Under the pieces are notes generated by a model. That model ran no database searches. It saw only the letters and a program-made list of their open reading frames with translations, and was not told the origin of the DNA. Position numbers and translations under genes: made by a program. Below are positions 44,226 through 54,098 of a DNA stretch of 55,556 nt, in pieces (positions within the stretch are counted from its first letter, which is position 1; every line of letters begins with the position of its first letter). The stretch is taken from the IMG/VR virus record IMGVR_UViG_3300020043_002100, positions 1 to 55,556 of that record; one strand, written 5' to 3'. Source of the stretch: a virus (Duplodnaviria; Caudoviricetes).

Positions 44226-47200
44226 TTATTTCTTAGTTTTCTTTTGCATCAGGCCACCTTTTGCTCTACCACCGCCATAGCTAGTAGTAGTAGCAGGTTT
44301 AGCATTACCTGTTGTAGCAGTACCAGTAACAGTCATGCCACCAACTTTAGCTGTTCCAGTTACAGGCTTAGATGCTCCAACCTTTGCTGTTCCTGTTACT
44401 CCTGTTTTAGCAGTAGCAGTTCCTGTGGCTTTAATTGTTGGTGCTGCGCCGCCACCCGTTCCAGTACCACCGCCTCCTGTGCTACCTGTAGTACCTCCCG
44501 TTTTAACAGTAGTGCCACCGCCAGAGGTAGCTGCAGTACCGCTAGGAAGTGTAGGATTCTTTTTGTAGAAAGAGTCTGCTAGCATTGTACCACTTGCAAT
44601 AAGGTCTATAACTTTTGTGCTTGTTATGCCTTGTAGTGCCTCTGCTTCTGCGGCACGAAGTGTCTCTGCAGCTTTAGTCATGCCATACTTATCTGCTAGC
44701 TGAATCTTTGCACGAAGTTCTGCAATCTGATACCCAGTACCTGCTAGACTTCCAACAAGACCTCCAGCAATACCTCCGCCAAGAAGACCTCCAGCGATAC
44801 CACCAGCTTTCTTAGACTTGTTTAGCTGCTCAATGTCTTTCATCCCAGAAGCGATAAGTGTATCCTCAGAAGCAAAGTCTTCGAGCTTAATACGACCCAT
44901 ACCACCACCAATAATGCCGTTATCTCCATTAGTTGTAGCTACAGCAGTGTTATTGCTTCCTCCAATAAGATCGTCTTTTCGGTTCTGCCCTGATGCACTT
45001 TCTTGTGGTTGATACCCTGCAGGAATAGGCGTAAGAGGATTACCTTGTGCATCAAAAGAAATTACGACGGTTTGCCCTTGCTTATTTACATATACTTTGG
45101 TAGTTGTAGCTACAGGAGCTTGCGTTACAGGTGCAGTAGTAGCAGGGGCTGCTGCTTGATTACCAAAGACGCTAAAGCCGATAGGATAAGCTGCAGGGTT
45201 AAACGTAGAACGATTAGCTTCAATATCTGCAGGAGTTGGGTTTCCAGTTACAGCACCACCCTTAGCAAAACCAGCGTTCTGCATCTGTGCATCCATGCTG
45301 TCGTCTTCTGTTTGCAGTTCATCTACGCTAAAGGGAAGCTCCTCATCATCGTCTTCTGTGTCGTCTGTGGGTTCACCACCAACACGACCATCAGCCGCCA
45401 TTTCTTCAAGTCCAGCTTTAGCCTTAGCACGAAGCTTCTCAAAGAAGTGTACACCAAAGAACTTCACAACATCAGCAGGAACAACATATTCCCCATCACT
45501 AAGCTTAGCAGGAATGTCATCACGTACTTCTTCTGCAGTGGAACCAGTTGGAACTTCATTACCGCTTACAGGATCAACTGTAGCACCATCTGTGTTTAGA
45601 CCGCCTTCGGCCATAAGTGTATTCATTTGTTTGTCCATTTGTGTTACAGCGCCACCTTTGGCGTATCCATTATCTTCTGGTAGATCAAGTAGAGGAATAT
45701 CCTCTGTTACATTCTCTGCCATAGGTGCTTGTGCTCTACCAAAGCGTAGATTAGCAGTGTCTTTCTTTCCTAGAGTACTACCCAAGTACGTACTAAGGTC
45801 AATTGCCTCCGAGTATCCTTTTTCATCTTTATACAAAATGATTGGGTATTCTCCTGTAGAAGTTTTTATCTCAGGATATGTATCTTTGTATGAAGATGTA
45901 TAGGTATCAGGTGCTAAATCCATACTAATAAACTCAGCTTTAGTTGGCTTACCTGTTTGCATATCTACAACTTCAAACTTATGTCCTTTTTTCCACGTAA
46001 GCATTTCTCTTGTGGTATCATCTCTACCAAGAATTTCGTGAAGTTTAGCGTTGTCGTTCCACATATCACCTACAGGTACAACAATAGGAGCTTTGTTGTT
46101 TTGCTTTTGCAAATCCCCTTTGGTATTGACAATAGGATCATATCCTTCTGAGGCTTCTAGGGCAATCATATCTCGTTCAGAGCTTTGTGGAGTTACGGCT
46201 TTTCTATCTTCTTCTGGCATGTTTCTGCGATGCTGCACAAGACGAGCTTCAATTTCACCAGACTTACCTCTATAGAACCTAAACTCTATATTTTTATATT
46301 CGAGCCAGTTATTCTTGTAGTTTTCCTCTAGCTGTTTAACTTTAGTAGGAGAAGCTCCACTAGAAATTGCATCAGACATAGCCTGTTTTGCTGCTTCAAG
46401 TTTCTTTTTAAGCTCTATTACTGCAGGCTCCATTGCATAGCGTTTAGCGTTAGAGCCGCTGGCAAACCCTTCTGTGTATTGAACAGCGTGTTGTAGCTCA
46501 TGCAGAAGAACACTTTTCATTTGATGCTGCGGTAGATCAGCAGCTATAACTATTTCTCCAGTAGAAGGGTAGAAAATTCCATTTGATCCATCTTCAATTG
46601 GTCTAATTGTAACTCTCTTACTTTGAAGATCAGGATATTGCTCATACAGTTTACCATGTTGTATCATGTCTCCTACTGTAGTAGTAATATACACGTTTCC
46701 TTTAGATTTCATCTGAGCGTTAATCTCAGGTTTAATCTTATCCCAAGCTAGGACAGACTGTGAGTCGTCTATCTCAAAGCGCCACTGTTTATCGTGAGGA
46801 TTTTTATGCCATCCTGTAGCTGCAGCAGTTTCTTCGGCTGTCGCACCCAGCAAGTCGGCTTCCTCAGCAGCCTTAAATGTTTTACTTGGAGGATTCTTGG
46901 CTTTAAGTCCACCAAAAATCTGCAGAGCACCTTCTTCTGCAGGAGTAGTCCAAGCAGGAGTAGCTACAGAACCTACTACGTTAGCAACATCACCATATGT
47001 AGCTTCACCCCTAGCCATCTTGTCAAAAGGCTCATACATATTTTTAGCTGTATCACCAACAAACTCTGCAATCTTGCCAGTGTCAATGGTAGGGTTTTTC
47101 AGGTACTCATAGGCAGCCTTACCTGCTGATTTAACTACAGAGCCACGACTCTCCATCTTCATTTCAGGGATAGTGTATTGCTGTCCATCAAATGTTTCGT

Positions 47201-47315
47201 AGATATCGTTGCCAAGTTCATCCTTAGCTACAAGCCTATCGTCGTGTCTAGCCCCAAAGGGTAGATAAGTAGATGCTGCATTAAACCTATCAATACGTTC
47301 CAGATCATCCGCCAT
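44226..47315 (-). CDS. Polyvalent protein: LPD23-like + zincin metallopeptidase + conserved virion-associated domain
   Basis: TGW...DKQWRFEIDDS; LLHELQHAVQ..EGF (HExxH); DPVSGNEVP.GS..EEVRDDIPA.LS.GEYVVPADVV. Confidence 0.7.
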   Translation of the reverse strand: MADDLERIDRFNAASTYLPFGARHDDRLVAKDELGNDIYETFDGQQYTIPEMKMESRGSVVKSAGKAAYEYLKNPTIDTGKIAEFVGDTAKNMYEPFDKMARGEATYGDVANVVGSVATPAWTTPAEEGALQIFGGLKAKNPPSKTFKAAEEADLLGATAEETAAATGWHKNPHDKQWRFEIDDSQSVLAWDKIKPEINAQMKSKGNVYITTTVGDMIQHGKLYEQYPDLQSKRVTIRPIEDGSNGIFYPSTGEIVIAADLPQHQMKSVLLHELQHAVQYTEGFASGSNAKRYAMEPAVIELKKKLEAAKQAMSDAISSGASPTKVKQLEENYKNNWLEYKNIEFRFYRGKSGEIEARLVQHRRNMPEEDRKAVTPQSSERDMIALEASEGYDPIVNTKGDLQKQNNKAPIVVPVGDMWNDNAKLHEILGRDDTTREMLTWKKGHKFEVVDMQTGKPTKAEFISMDLAPDTYTSSYKDTYPEIKTSTGEYPIILYKDEKGYSEAIDLSTYLGSTLGKKDTANLRFGRAQAPMAENVTEDIPLLDLPEDNGYAKGGAVTQMDKQMNTLMAEGGLNTDGATVDPVSGNEVPTGSTAEEVRDDIPAKLSDGEYVVPADVVKFFGVHFFEKLRAKAKAGLEEMAADGRVGGEPTDDTEDDDEELPFSVDELQTEDDSMDAQMQNAGFAKGGAVTGNPTPADIEANRSTFNPAAYPIGFSVFGNQAAAPATTAPVTQAPVATTTKVYVNKQGQTVVISFDAQGNPLTPIPAGYQPQESASGQNRKDDLIGGSNNTAVATTNGDNGIIGGGMGRIKLEDFASEDTLIASGMKDIEQLNKSKKAGGIAGGLLGGGIAGGLVGSLAGTGYQIAELRAKIQLADKYGMTKAAETLRAAEAEALQGITSTKVIDLIASGTMLADSFYKKNPTLPSGTAATSGGGTTVKTGGTTGSTGGGGTGTGGGAAPTIKATGTATAKTGVTGTAKVGASKPVTGTAKVGGMTVTGTATTGNAKPATTTSYGGGRAKGGLMQKKTKK

Positions 47316-47505
47316 TATACTTATCTCTCATTTGCTTTAGCCGCTTAAGTGCAAAGATTTCACCTTGGCAGCGATACAGGTCAATAGGATCATTACTTTG
47401 TTCCAGCTTCTTATGCTGTAGCTGGATGCTTTCCTCAATTTCCTCAAGAAAAGCATTCCAGAACACAGGATCATTTACGAAGCGTTTGAGGGTGCCGCTA
47501 CTCAT
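47305..47505 (-). CDS. Small conserved protein after portal
   Basis: 66 aa; LYRCQG..AL..L..MRD. Confidence 0.7.
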   Translation of the reverse strand: MSSGTLKRFVNDPVFWNAFLEEIEESIQLQHKKLEQSNDPIDLYRCQGEIFALKRLKQMRDKYNGG

Positions 47506-49595
47506 TGAGCAGCACCTTCACCAGTATTTGCGCTAAAGCCAGCTTCACCCGGAGTTGGTACTTGACCAGTTCCAATGTTTCCACCACCAGCACCAGTAGG
47601 ATCACTTACAGCAGGAGCACCCTGTCCCTCTTGAGGCATAGCGCCAGCAGGAGCCGCAGGAGGTGCAAACTTCTTGAAGATTTCAGCTTGAATAGCTGCA
47701 TCACCAAGGCTGTTCGTAACTTTATCAGGATCAAGATCAAGCGACTTAGCAATCTCACGAAGGATATAGTCAGCTTTAACGAAGGGCATAAGCGCAGGAT
47801 TCTGTGCTGTTTGCAGGAACTGCATAAGACGCTGAGAACGAATCTCGTTAGCCATAAGCGATTCTGTACCTTCTGCTTTAATTTCCAAGTCTCCCTTAAT
47901 TTCAGGATCGTGGTCAAACTGCATGTTAAAGCTAAAGAAAGCCTTTCCTAGAGGTGCCAACAGATAGTCGTCAATGTTCTTTACAACAGTGCGGATGCTA
48001 CCATTAGCAGCAGACATAAGCATGGAAATACCAGAGGCTGTACGCCCCACGCCACTAACACCAGTCTGTCCATGTGCGAAAGAGGGGAAGCCTGTAGATT
48101 CATCTGCTAGTACCCGTGCCTTGTCAAAGAGTTGAAGATTTTCGTTTGCTACGTTTGGAAACTTTGTGCCGAAGATAGCTTGACCCGGAGCACCACCTTG
48201 ACGCCTAAACACTTTGCCCGGATACACTTTCAAGTCTTGTCCCGGAACTAGATTAGTTTCATCCACTTCGAACACCAAGTTGCCACTTAGAACAGCGTTA
48301 TCAACAGCCATACGCATGAAGCCGTTCATAAGCATCTGAGTGTCAGCCATGTTCTCTGCCAAGCCGATACCGAAGAAGCTATACGGATTGATTTCGTAGG
48401 GAGCAGCGAAGTAAGGCAGAAGCATAGGCTTAAACGGGTTCATAACGAGACGCAGAACCTGATTATTACACACCCAAATATTGACGTTAAGCTGGTCTTG
48501 CTTAGCCATGTCAGCAGGGATCACTAGACCATGCTTTTTGAGCAACTCAGTGTCTACAAAACCCCAATACTCGAAGACTTCGTAGCGTTCTGCTTTGTCG
48601 CGTACAGCATCGTCTTCCATGATGCTTTCCCAATACTTCTTAGTGTAGTTTTCACCAAGCTTGATAGCTGTATCAATGGAGTTGTTGCGGAAGAAGGGGC
48701 GCTGCTTGAGTTTACGCATCTGGGAGCGAGAAAGCTTGTGACGTTCGATAGTAAACTCACACTCTTCCATGTTAGCTGCGTCAGGATCAGGGTAGAAGTT
48801 CCAAATAGAAACGTGTGCAGTAGTAGGAACTGTTTTGATCAAAGGTTCGTAGTCACCTGTATCAGTCCAATTTGGATACTCTTTGTTGACTGCAAGTGGA
48901 CCTTTCAAGATACCGCTACCAAACACTACCTGTTCAAATGCAAACATACGCAACTGCTTGGAAGCACCAGACTCGTCAAGCTGATCCTTAATCTTCTTCT
49001 CCATCTTCTTAGCTGCAATCATAGCAGGAGAAAATGTCACAGAAGTAGGAGTAGTTCCCGGCCCTTCAATTAGACGATCAGATACAGGTGCAAGTTTCTT
49101 ACTAAGAGAGCCGAGACGATCCTGCAGTTGCTGAATAGTCTCTCCCTTCTTTAGCTTCATGTCTTCCTTGCTAAAGGCAGCTTTAAGCTCTTGAGCGCCC
49201 TGCTCTGCTTGCGGAGAAATGTCAAAGCTAACATCTTCAACCACGCCATCAGGCAGTACAGTAGGATTAACAGATAGAGGAAAGGAAGCTGATCCAAACA
49301 GTACGTCACAAATTTGTCCGTAAGCTGCCTGAACTTTGCTTTTAGTGACTTTAATGAAAACACGAGACTTTTCCGTTTCAGTGAATTGTACATCAGGGCC
49401 ATAGATACCACGATAGTTACGGTAAGCTTCAAGCCACCGCTGTTCATCGTTATATCGTGCAGTTTCACTTGCATTAAATTGATCCATGACGTAAGAGACG
49501 ATTGTGCCACTCTTAACGTCTACCAGATCATTCTTCTTTGTATCTTCGAGTGCAGCAGACTCGTCGCTATCAAAGCTATTTTGTGGGTCGTTCAT
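47502..49595 (-). CDS. Portal protein
   Basis: 697 aa between terminase and scaffold; W..AYRNYRG, FGSGILKGP, FYPDP, FFGIG, RTASGISML. Confidence 0.88.
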   Translation of the reverse strand: MNDPQNSFDSDESAALEDTKKNDLVDVKSGTIVSYVMDQFNASETARYNDEQRWLEAYRNYRGIYGPDVQFTETEKSRVFIKVTKSKVQAAYGQICDVLFGSASFPLSVNPTVLPDGVVEDVSFDISPQAEQGAQELKAAFSKEDMKLKKGETIQQLQDRLGSLSKKLAPVSDRLIEGPGTTPTSVTFSPAMIAAKKMEKKIKDQLDESGASKQLRMFAFEQVVFGSGILKGPLAVNKEYPNWTDTGDYEPLIKTVPTTAHVSIWNFYPDPDAANMEECEFTIERHKLSRSQMRKLKQRPFFRNNSIDTAIKLGENYTKKYWESIMEDDAVRDKAERYEVFEYWGFVDTELLKKHGLVIPADMAKQDQLNVNIWVCNNQVLRLVMNPFKPMLLPYFAAPYEINPYSFFGIGLAENMADTQMLMNGFMRMAVDNAVLSGNLVFEVDETNLVPGQDLKVYPGKVFRRQGGAPGQAIFGTKFPNVANENLQLFDKARVLADESTGFPSFAHGQTGVSGVGRTASGISMLMSAANGSIRTVVKNIDDYLLAPLGKAFFSFNMQFDHDPEIKGDLEIKAEGTESLMANEIRSQRLMQFLQTAQNPALMPFVKADYILREIAKSLDLDPDKVTNSLGDAAIQAEIFKKFAPPAAPAGAMPQEGQGAPAVSDPTGAGGGNIGTGQVPTPGEAGFSANTGEGAAQ

Positions 49596-49604
49596 ATGTT
49601 TTCC

Positions 49605-52205
49605 TTAGTATCCAAACGTGTTATCGCTAGCTTGAAAGCCGCTACTTGAAGTGGTAGGATCATAGTCCCACAAGCCACTGCGAGGTCTACTCATGCAGCC
49701 ATAGCGAAGAGCATCATAGCCGTGGTCGTTAGCATTAGTGTCAACATCTTCTGGGTTATTACGAGAAAGAGGCAAAGCAGGAAGTTCTGCAATAATATTA
49801 ACACAAGTGTTAAAAAACACAAGCCTTGGTTCACCTGTGTTTGGATTAACCTGCAAGCGACGGTGAATTTCGTTCTTACCCGCTACACGAGAGCCTTTGC
49901 TTCGATCAGAGGGACGCCAGCGGCAACCTTTCATAATCATCTGCTCAGCCAATGATGGTCCAGTGTCACCACGTTTATGCCACAACGAAGAGTCAAGCAC
50001 TCCATAGCGCATAGACTCATTTCGTTCAATATCGTTGATCATATCTGCCAAGTCTACTGCTGTAACTTTAGAAGTATAAAGCTCTCGGTAAACTATGAGT
50101 TGCTCATCTGGCGCAATAGCAAACCAAAGAACAGCAGTTTTACTGCCGTAGCCATAGTCAGCAGCCCTAAAGCGAACCCAATCACGAGGAATGTCGAAAG
50201 GCTCAATTACATGTATCTTTCTGTTAAACTCAGTAAAAGCTGCACCTTCACTAATATCCCAATCACCATAAAGCATCTGTTTGCGCTGGGCTTCTGGAAG
50301 CGACAGCAGCATAGCTTCATATTGACCATCTTTAGCTAGATAGGGGTTATCAAATAGTGTAGCTGGAATAAACCTACGCTTATAAAGTGTCTTACCTGCT
50401 TTTGTGTGTCCTGCAGGATATCGCAGCACCTCACCTGTCTCAAAATCTACAGCAGGAAATGGGGTATTATATGGTGCAGGAGACACAAAGCCCTTCTTTA
50501 CCCACGCCATTCCAGCGCCACCGGGGTTGGTTGTGTTGCCAGACACCCACACAAAGCCCTTTTGACGAATAATAAAGTTCTCTGTATCTTGTACACCAAT
50601 ACAATACACTTTGCCTTTGTAGTGCTCGTAAGCCGTGTCGTCTCTTCCGTTAGCGTTTTTATCTACTTTAGTAGTATCTGCACTCCAAGTAAAATACACT
50701 ACGTATTTATCATTGTGATTTGGATTAGTAGATGGATACATTTTTACTTGAGTCTTGTATCCTAGTTTAACTGCAATCTCCTGCAGATCATCTACTAGTT
50801 TAGGTGAGCTAGTATGAGCAGAGCAGTTGTTTTCAGATTGTCTGTGTCCATCTCCTAGGATGTACGCATCAAATGCAAGTTGTAGCTGTTCTTTGCTTGC
50901 CTTTGCTAGAAACTCCCGTGGGAAATGCTTCTGATGAGCTTTGCCAAGAGGCATCAAATGCTCTCTTAGTTCTTTGCTGTTAATCTGGAAGTCTCCATTT
51001 TTACAGTAGCATACATTGCAGCCAGACGCCTCCATTACACGACGAACAAAGGCGTGATTAAACTCTTTGTTTTGAGTAATGACGACTTTATAGTTGCCGT
51101 TTACGGGGGTAGTGTTTATGCACCCCTCTGCTACGTACAAGCCTATAAACTCCGCATAAGTGTCAGCAGAGAAGTTAAGAACAGTAGGAGTGTATCCTTG
51201 TGCTGTGTAGGAAGATGATGTACGCACAATATTTACTGACTTACCACTATGCTCATTATAGCGAATCATAGTATTTGCAGAACTGCCATACTTTTTGTAC
51301 ACAACTCTGTGATCTGGTGTCATGGACATATACAGTGTCTTTTTGCGGATGCGTACTAATTCTTCATCTACATCATACTCATAGTACCCTGTGACTTTCT
51401 TCTCAACTAGACTACCACTAGAGTCCAAAGAAAATACAATATCTCCTTTAGTTACTTTAGTTATATCTACCCACCCACTAGGAGTAAGGACTTCTCCTTC
51501 ATCTACACACGCGCGCATGTATAGCTTAAGATCAGGATCAGCAGTACGAAGACGAGAACCCATATAACTGAAGGCATAAGGAGTGGCCCATTGGGTTAGC
51601 TCATCAAAACCAATCCAATTAAATGCAAGACCCCTATATCTTTCAACGTCAATGTCTCTGTCTAGAAAGCTCATCCATAGAGTTGCACCACGCGGAGTTG
51701 TCCACTGCTGCTTTCTCTCACTCCAAACAATACCCGGAATAGCTTTAGGATACAAATCTTGAGACTTAGTGATAAGCTCTCGTAGTTCTTCCGTAGTGTG
51801 ACGCACAAGTAGACCTGAAAAGTTGGGGTTGTTCATATCACGTAGAGGGTCAGCAAGCATAGCGTAGCTCTTACCGCCACCACCAGCGCCTCCATAAAGA
51901 ACTTGTCTTTCAGAAGCACTCAGAAATTCCGTCTGAGGCCCTTCATTTGGCTTAAACACAACGTTCTGTGCATCATACAAATCAAATGCTGCCGCCACAG
52001 GAGTAGCAGGTACTGTTACGTTAAAGCGTAGTTTAGCTTCTTTTTCAGCAGCTTTCTTACGCTCTTCAACTTCCAGCTTCGTCGGTCTTCCTCTTTTTCG
52101 CCCCTGTACGCCTGTGCTCAAGGGTTTCGATTTGTTCGATGATCCTTTGAAGCTTTTTGGCGTAATAGCGTTTAAGGGTAGCGACTGTTTTACGTTTTCG
52201 CTCAA
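49605..52205 (-). CDS. terL: Terminase large subunit containing an intein
   Basis: YGGAGGGGKS Walker A, IGFDEL Walker B, RA|TTNPGG motif III, DYGY and DHGYDALRY nuclease motifs; TTG start uncertain. Confidence 0.92.
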   Translation of the reverse strand: MSENVKQSLPLNAITPKSFKGSSNKSKPLSTGVQGRKRGRPTKLEVEERKKAAEKEAKLRFNVTVPATPVAAAFDLYDAQNVVFKPNEGPQTEFLSASERQVLYGGAGGGGKSYAMLADPLRDMNNPNFSGLLVRHTTEELRELITKSQDLYPKAIPGIVWSERKQQWTTPRGATLWMSFLDRDIDVERYRGLAFNWIGFDELTQWATPYAFSYMGSRLRTADPDLKLYMRACVDEGEVLTPSGWVDITKVTKGDIVFSLDSSGSLVEKKVTGYYEYDVDEELVRIRKKTLYMSMTPDHRVVYKKYGSSANTMIRYNEHSGKSVNIVRTSSSYTAQGYTPTVLNFSADTYAEFIGLYVAEGCINTTPVNGNYKVVITQNKEFNHAFVRRVMEASGCNVCYCKNGDFQINSKELREHLMPLGKAHQKHFPREFLAKASKEQLQLAFDAYILGDGHRQSENNCSAHTSSPKLVDDLQEIAVKLGYKTQVKMYPSTNPNHNDKYVVYFTWSADTTKVDKNANGRDDTAYEHYKGKVYCIGVQDTENFIIRQKGFVWVSGNTTNPGGAGMAWVKKGFVSPAPYNTPFPAVDFETGEVLRYPAGHTKAGKTLYKRRFIPATLFDNPYLAKDGQYEAMLLSLPEAQRKQMLYGDWDISEGAAFTEFNRKIHVIEPFDIPRDWVRFRAADYGYGSKTAVLWFAIAPDEQLIVYRELYTSKVTAVDLADMINDIERNESMRYGVLDSSLWHKRGDTGPSLAEQMIMKGCRWRPSDRSKGSRVAGKNEIHRRLQVNPNTGEPRLVFFNTCVNIIAELPALPLSRNNPEDVDTNANDHGYDALRYGCMSRPRSGLWDYDPTTSSSGFQASDNTFGY
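50535..51509 (-). mobile_element. Intein (325 aa) in TerL coupling motif
   Basis: Starts CVDEGEVLTPSG, ends WVSGN|T; FIGLYVAEG and FDAYILGDG blocks; KVYC block F. Confidence 0.92.
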
Positions 52206-52518
52206 CTTCTATCCTTCGTTTTAGTCCAGTATGCGATATGCTTCTACCGCTTTGTGCTGACAACCAAGCAGCTACATCACGGTAACTATACCTCTTTACG
52301 TGAGACTTTGCAAGCTCTAAAAGCTCTAGCTCTTTACTAATCGGATTAAGCCACTCTGAATCTTCTGCATCAATCTCATAACCAAATGGTACCTGTTTCT
52401 GATACGTAAGATTAGGGATTCGTTCCCACTCGGAGCGATACTTAGCAGTAGGGTCTTCTGGCAACGGTAGCTGCCAAAAGCCCAAGTCTTCACGTTCTAG
52501 TCGCTCAGTCCTCTTCAT
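52066..52518 (-). CDS. HTH DNA-binding protein (recombinase-domain-like)
   Basis: VPFGYEID...YSYRDVAAWL...SISHTGL; start reassigned to ATG 52518. Confidence 0.6.
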   Translation of the reverse strand: MKRTERLEREDLGFWQLPLPEDPTAKYRSEWERIPNLTYQKQVPFGYEIDAEDSEWLNPISKELELLELAKSHVKRYSYRDVAAWLSAQSGRSISHTGLKRRIEVERKRKTVATLKRYYAKKLQRIIEQIETLEHRRTGAKKRKTDEAGS

Positions 52519-52879
52519 CGTCTGCAGCATTCTTAGGTGGCAGAATGAAGATAGCGGAGCTACCAAGATCAACTTTCTCAGTCTTAGCAAAGCCAGTGCG
52601 ATCAAGAATATCACGAGCAGCAATCATCTTATCACGAAGACCAAGAGTAGTAGGATCGTCCAAAGCTCCTGACATAGAAATAGCCGCTTTAGGTGCAATA
52701 CGCGCCAAGTAGCTACGTGTAGCATCCGCAATCTCGTCTTTGAGAGTATTAACAATGTAGGAGGTGCTTGTAGTGTCGCTGTAGCCTGCCATTTGTTTAG
52801 CTACAAGTACATCACCGTTGGCACCATCAAATAGCACCTCAAGGAAAAGCTGTTGTTGTTCTGTTAGATTACGTGCCAT
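52505..52879 (-). CDS. Probable terminase small subunit
   Basis: LTEQQQLFL...AKQMAGYS HTH; AARDILDRTG. Confidence 0.6.
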   Translation of the reverse strand: MARNLTEQQQLFLEVLFDGANGDVLVAKQMAGYSDTTSTSYIVNTLKDEIADATRSYLARIAPKAAISMSGALDDPTTLGLRDKMIAARDILDRTGFAKTEKVDLGSSAIFILPPKNAADDEED

Positions 52880-52882
52880 AGT

Positions 52883-53257
52883 TTATCCAATCGGCCTAAA
52901 TACTTCTTCTACTGTACACAAAACGTCCATATTAGGTGTACCCGCTGCTGTAACTGTTACTAGCATTTTGTCTCCGGGTTCCATTACAATGAAGCCGTTG
53001 CTAAGCTGCACATATTCACCAGACACCATGTTCTTGCCACCAATAATGGCAAAAGTGTCACTGTAGCGTGTTCTGTACCAGCTAATAGCTAGCGTAGTAT
53101 TACCGTCCGCATTAGCTGCAAATAGCAAGTGCATATAAGCATTACAGTTAGCGGGACATTCATACAAGGTATACTCTGTGCCAGACACGTTAGCTGAGAC
53201 GTTGTACGAAATGTAGCGTGTTGATTTAGCTGAGAGTGAACCTTGTAATCCTGCCAT
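52883..53257 (-). CDS. Hypothetical virion-region protein
   Basis: 124 aa; LY.CP...IVMEPGDK. Confidence 0.7.
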   Translation of the reverse strand: MAGLQGSLSAKSTRYISYNVSANVSGTEYTLYECPANCNAYMHLLFAANADGNTTLAISWYRTRYSDTFAIIGGKNMVSGEYVQLSNGFIVMEPGDKMLVTVTAAGTPNMDVLCTVEEVFRPIG

Positions 53258-53872
53258 TTAGCACTTACCTTTTTGTTTCTTTACCATGCCGCCTTTAGCG
53301 TAACGGCCTACTTTACCTGCTTGTGCAATAGTTGAAGCTGCAGGCTTTTTAGCTTCGGTGCTAGCCTTAAACGACTCATTACGAATAGCAGCGCCTGCCA
53401 GAGTACGTGGCAAACCTTTAGCTACACGCTCTTCTGGTGTCATAGAGTTATACTCTTCCCTAGTAACAGTGTTCAGTGCAAGCGTATTAGCAATAGTGAA
53501 AGGACCAGCTACACGAGGAGACGAAATAGGACGACGAGGCTGCTTAAATGTAGCCTTATCGATACCCTTCTTAGCTACAGCAGCAACATCAACTGTAGAC
53601 TTAGGCGGGGTGCGTCCACCAGTGCCGCCAATAGGAGCAGTGGTAACATCACCCTTGCGATAGCCTTTCATTGCATCCTGAGTAGGCTTAGGAGCAGCTT
53701 TGGCCGCTTTGGTAGGGGTAGCTGCCTTAGCTTTAACAGGAGCAGCTTTAGGTGCCTTTAGTGCAGCTTTCTCAGCAGCAGAAAAGAAGCGGCGGGTCTT
53801 GTTAGTCCCACCTTTAGGTTGATTCTTTGCAAGCACCCACTCAAAGTCTACGCCTTCTTTGTAGTCAGCCAT
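53258..53872 (-). CDS. Basic Lys/Ala/Pro-rich protein
   Basis: 204 aa; ends YAKGGMVKKQKGKC. Confidence 0.7.
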   Translation of the reverse strand: MADYKEGVDFEWVLAKNQPKGGTNKTRRFFSAAEKAALKAPKAAPVKAKAATPTKAAKAAPKPTQDAMKGYRKGDVTTAPIGGTGGRTPPKSTVDVAAVAKKGIDKATFKQPRRPISSPRVAGPFTIANTLALNTVTREEYNSMTPEERVAKGLPRTLAGAAIRNESFKASTEAKKPAASTIAQAGKVGRYAKGGMVKKQKGKC

Positions 53873-53874
53873 AG

Positions 53875-54096
53875 TTATTTACCCTTCTTAGCCATACCGC
53901 CACACGCCATACAGGTAGGCTTCTTAACAGCACCACCTTTAGCCATCTTCATGACTTTGCCACACTTAGGACACTCAGAACCTTTAGTGGAACCATATTC
54001 GCGTTTGCGTTCTTTCGGCCCTTCACCTTTTTCATGCTTCATCATTGCAGCTTTAGTTTTATACTTCTCACCAGTTTTGGATTCTTTGATAGCCAC
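53875..54096 (-). CDS. Small basic protein
   Basis: 73 aa; GTG start; MAKGG and MACGG motifs. Confidence 0.65.
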   Translation of the reverse strand: MAIKESKTGEKYKTKAAMMKHEKGEGPKERKREYGSTKGSECPKCGKVMKMAKGGAVKKPTCMACGGMAKKGK

Positions 54097-54098
54097 GA

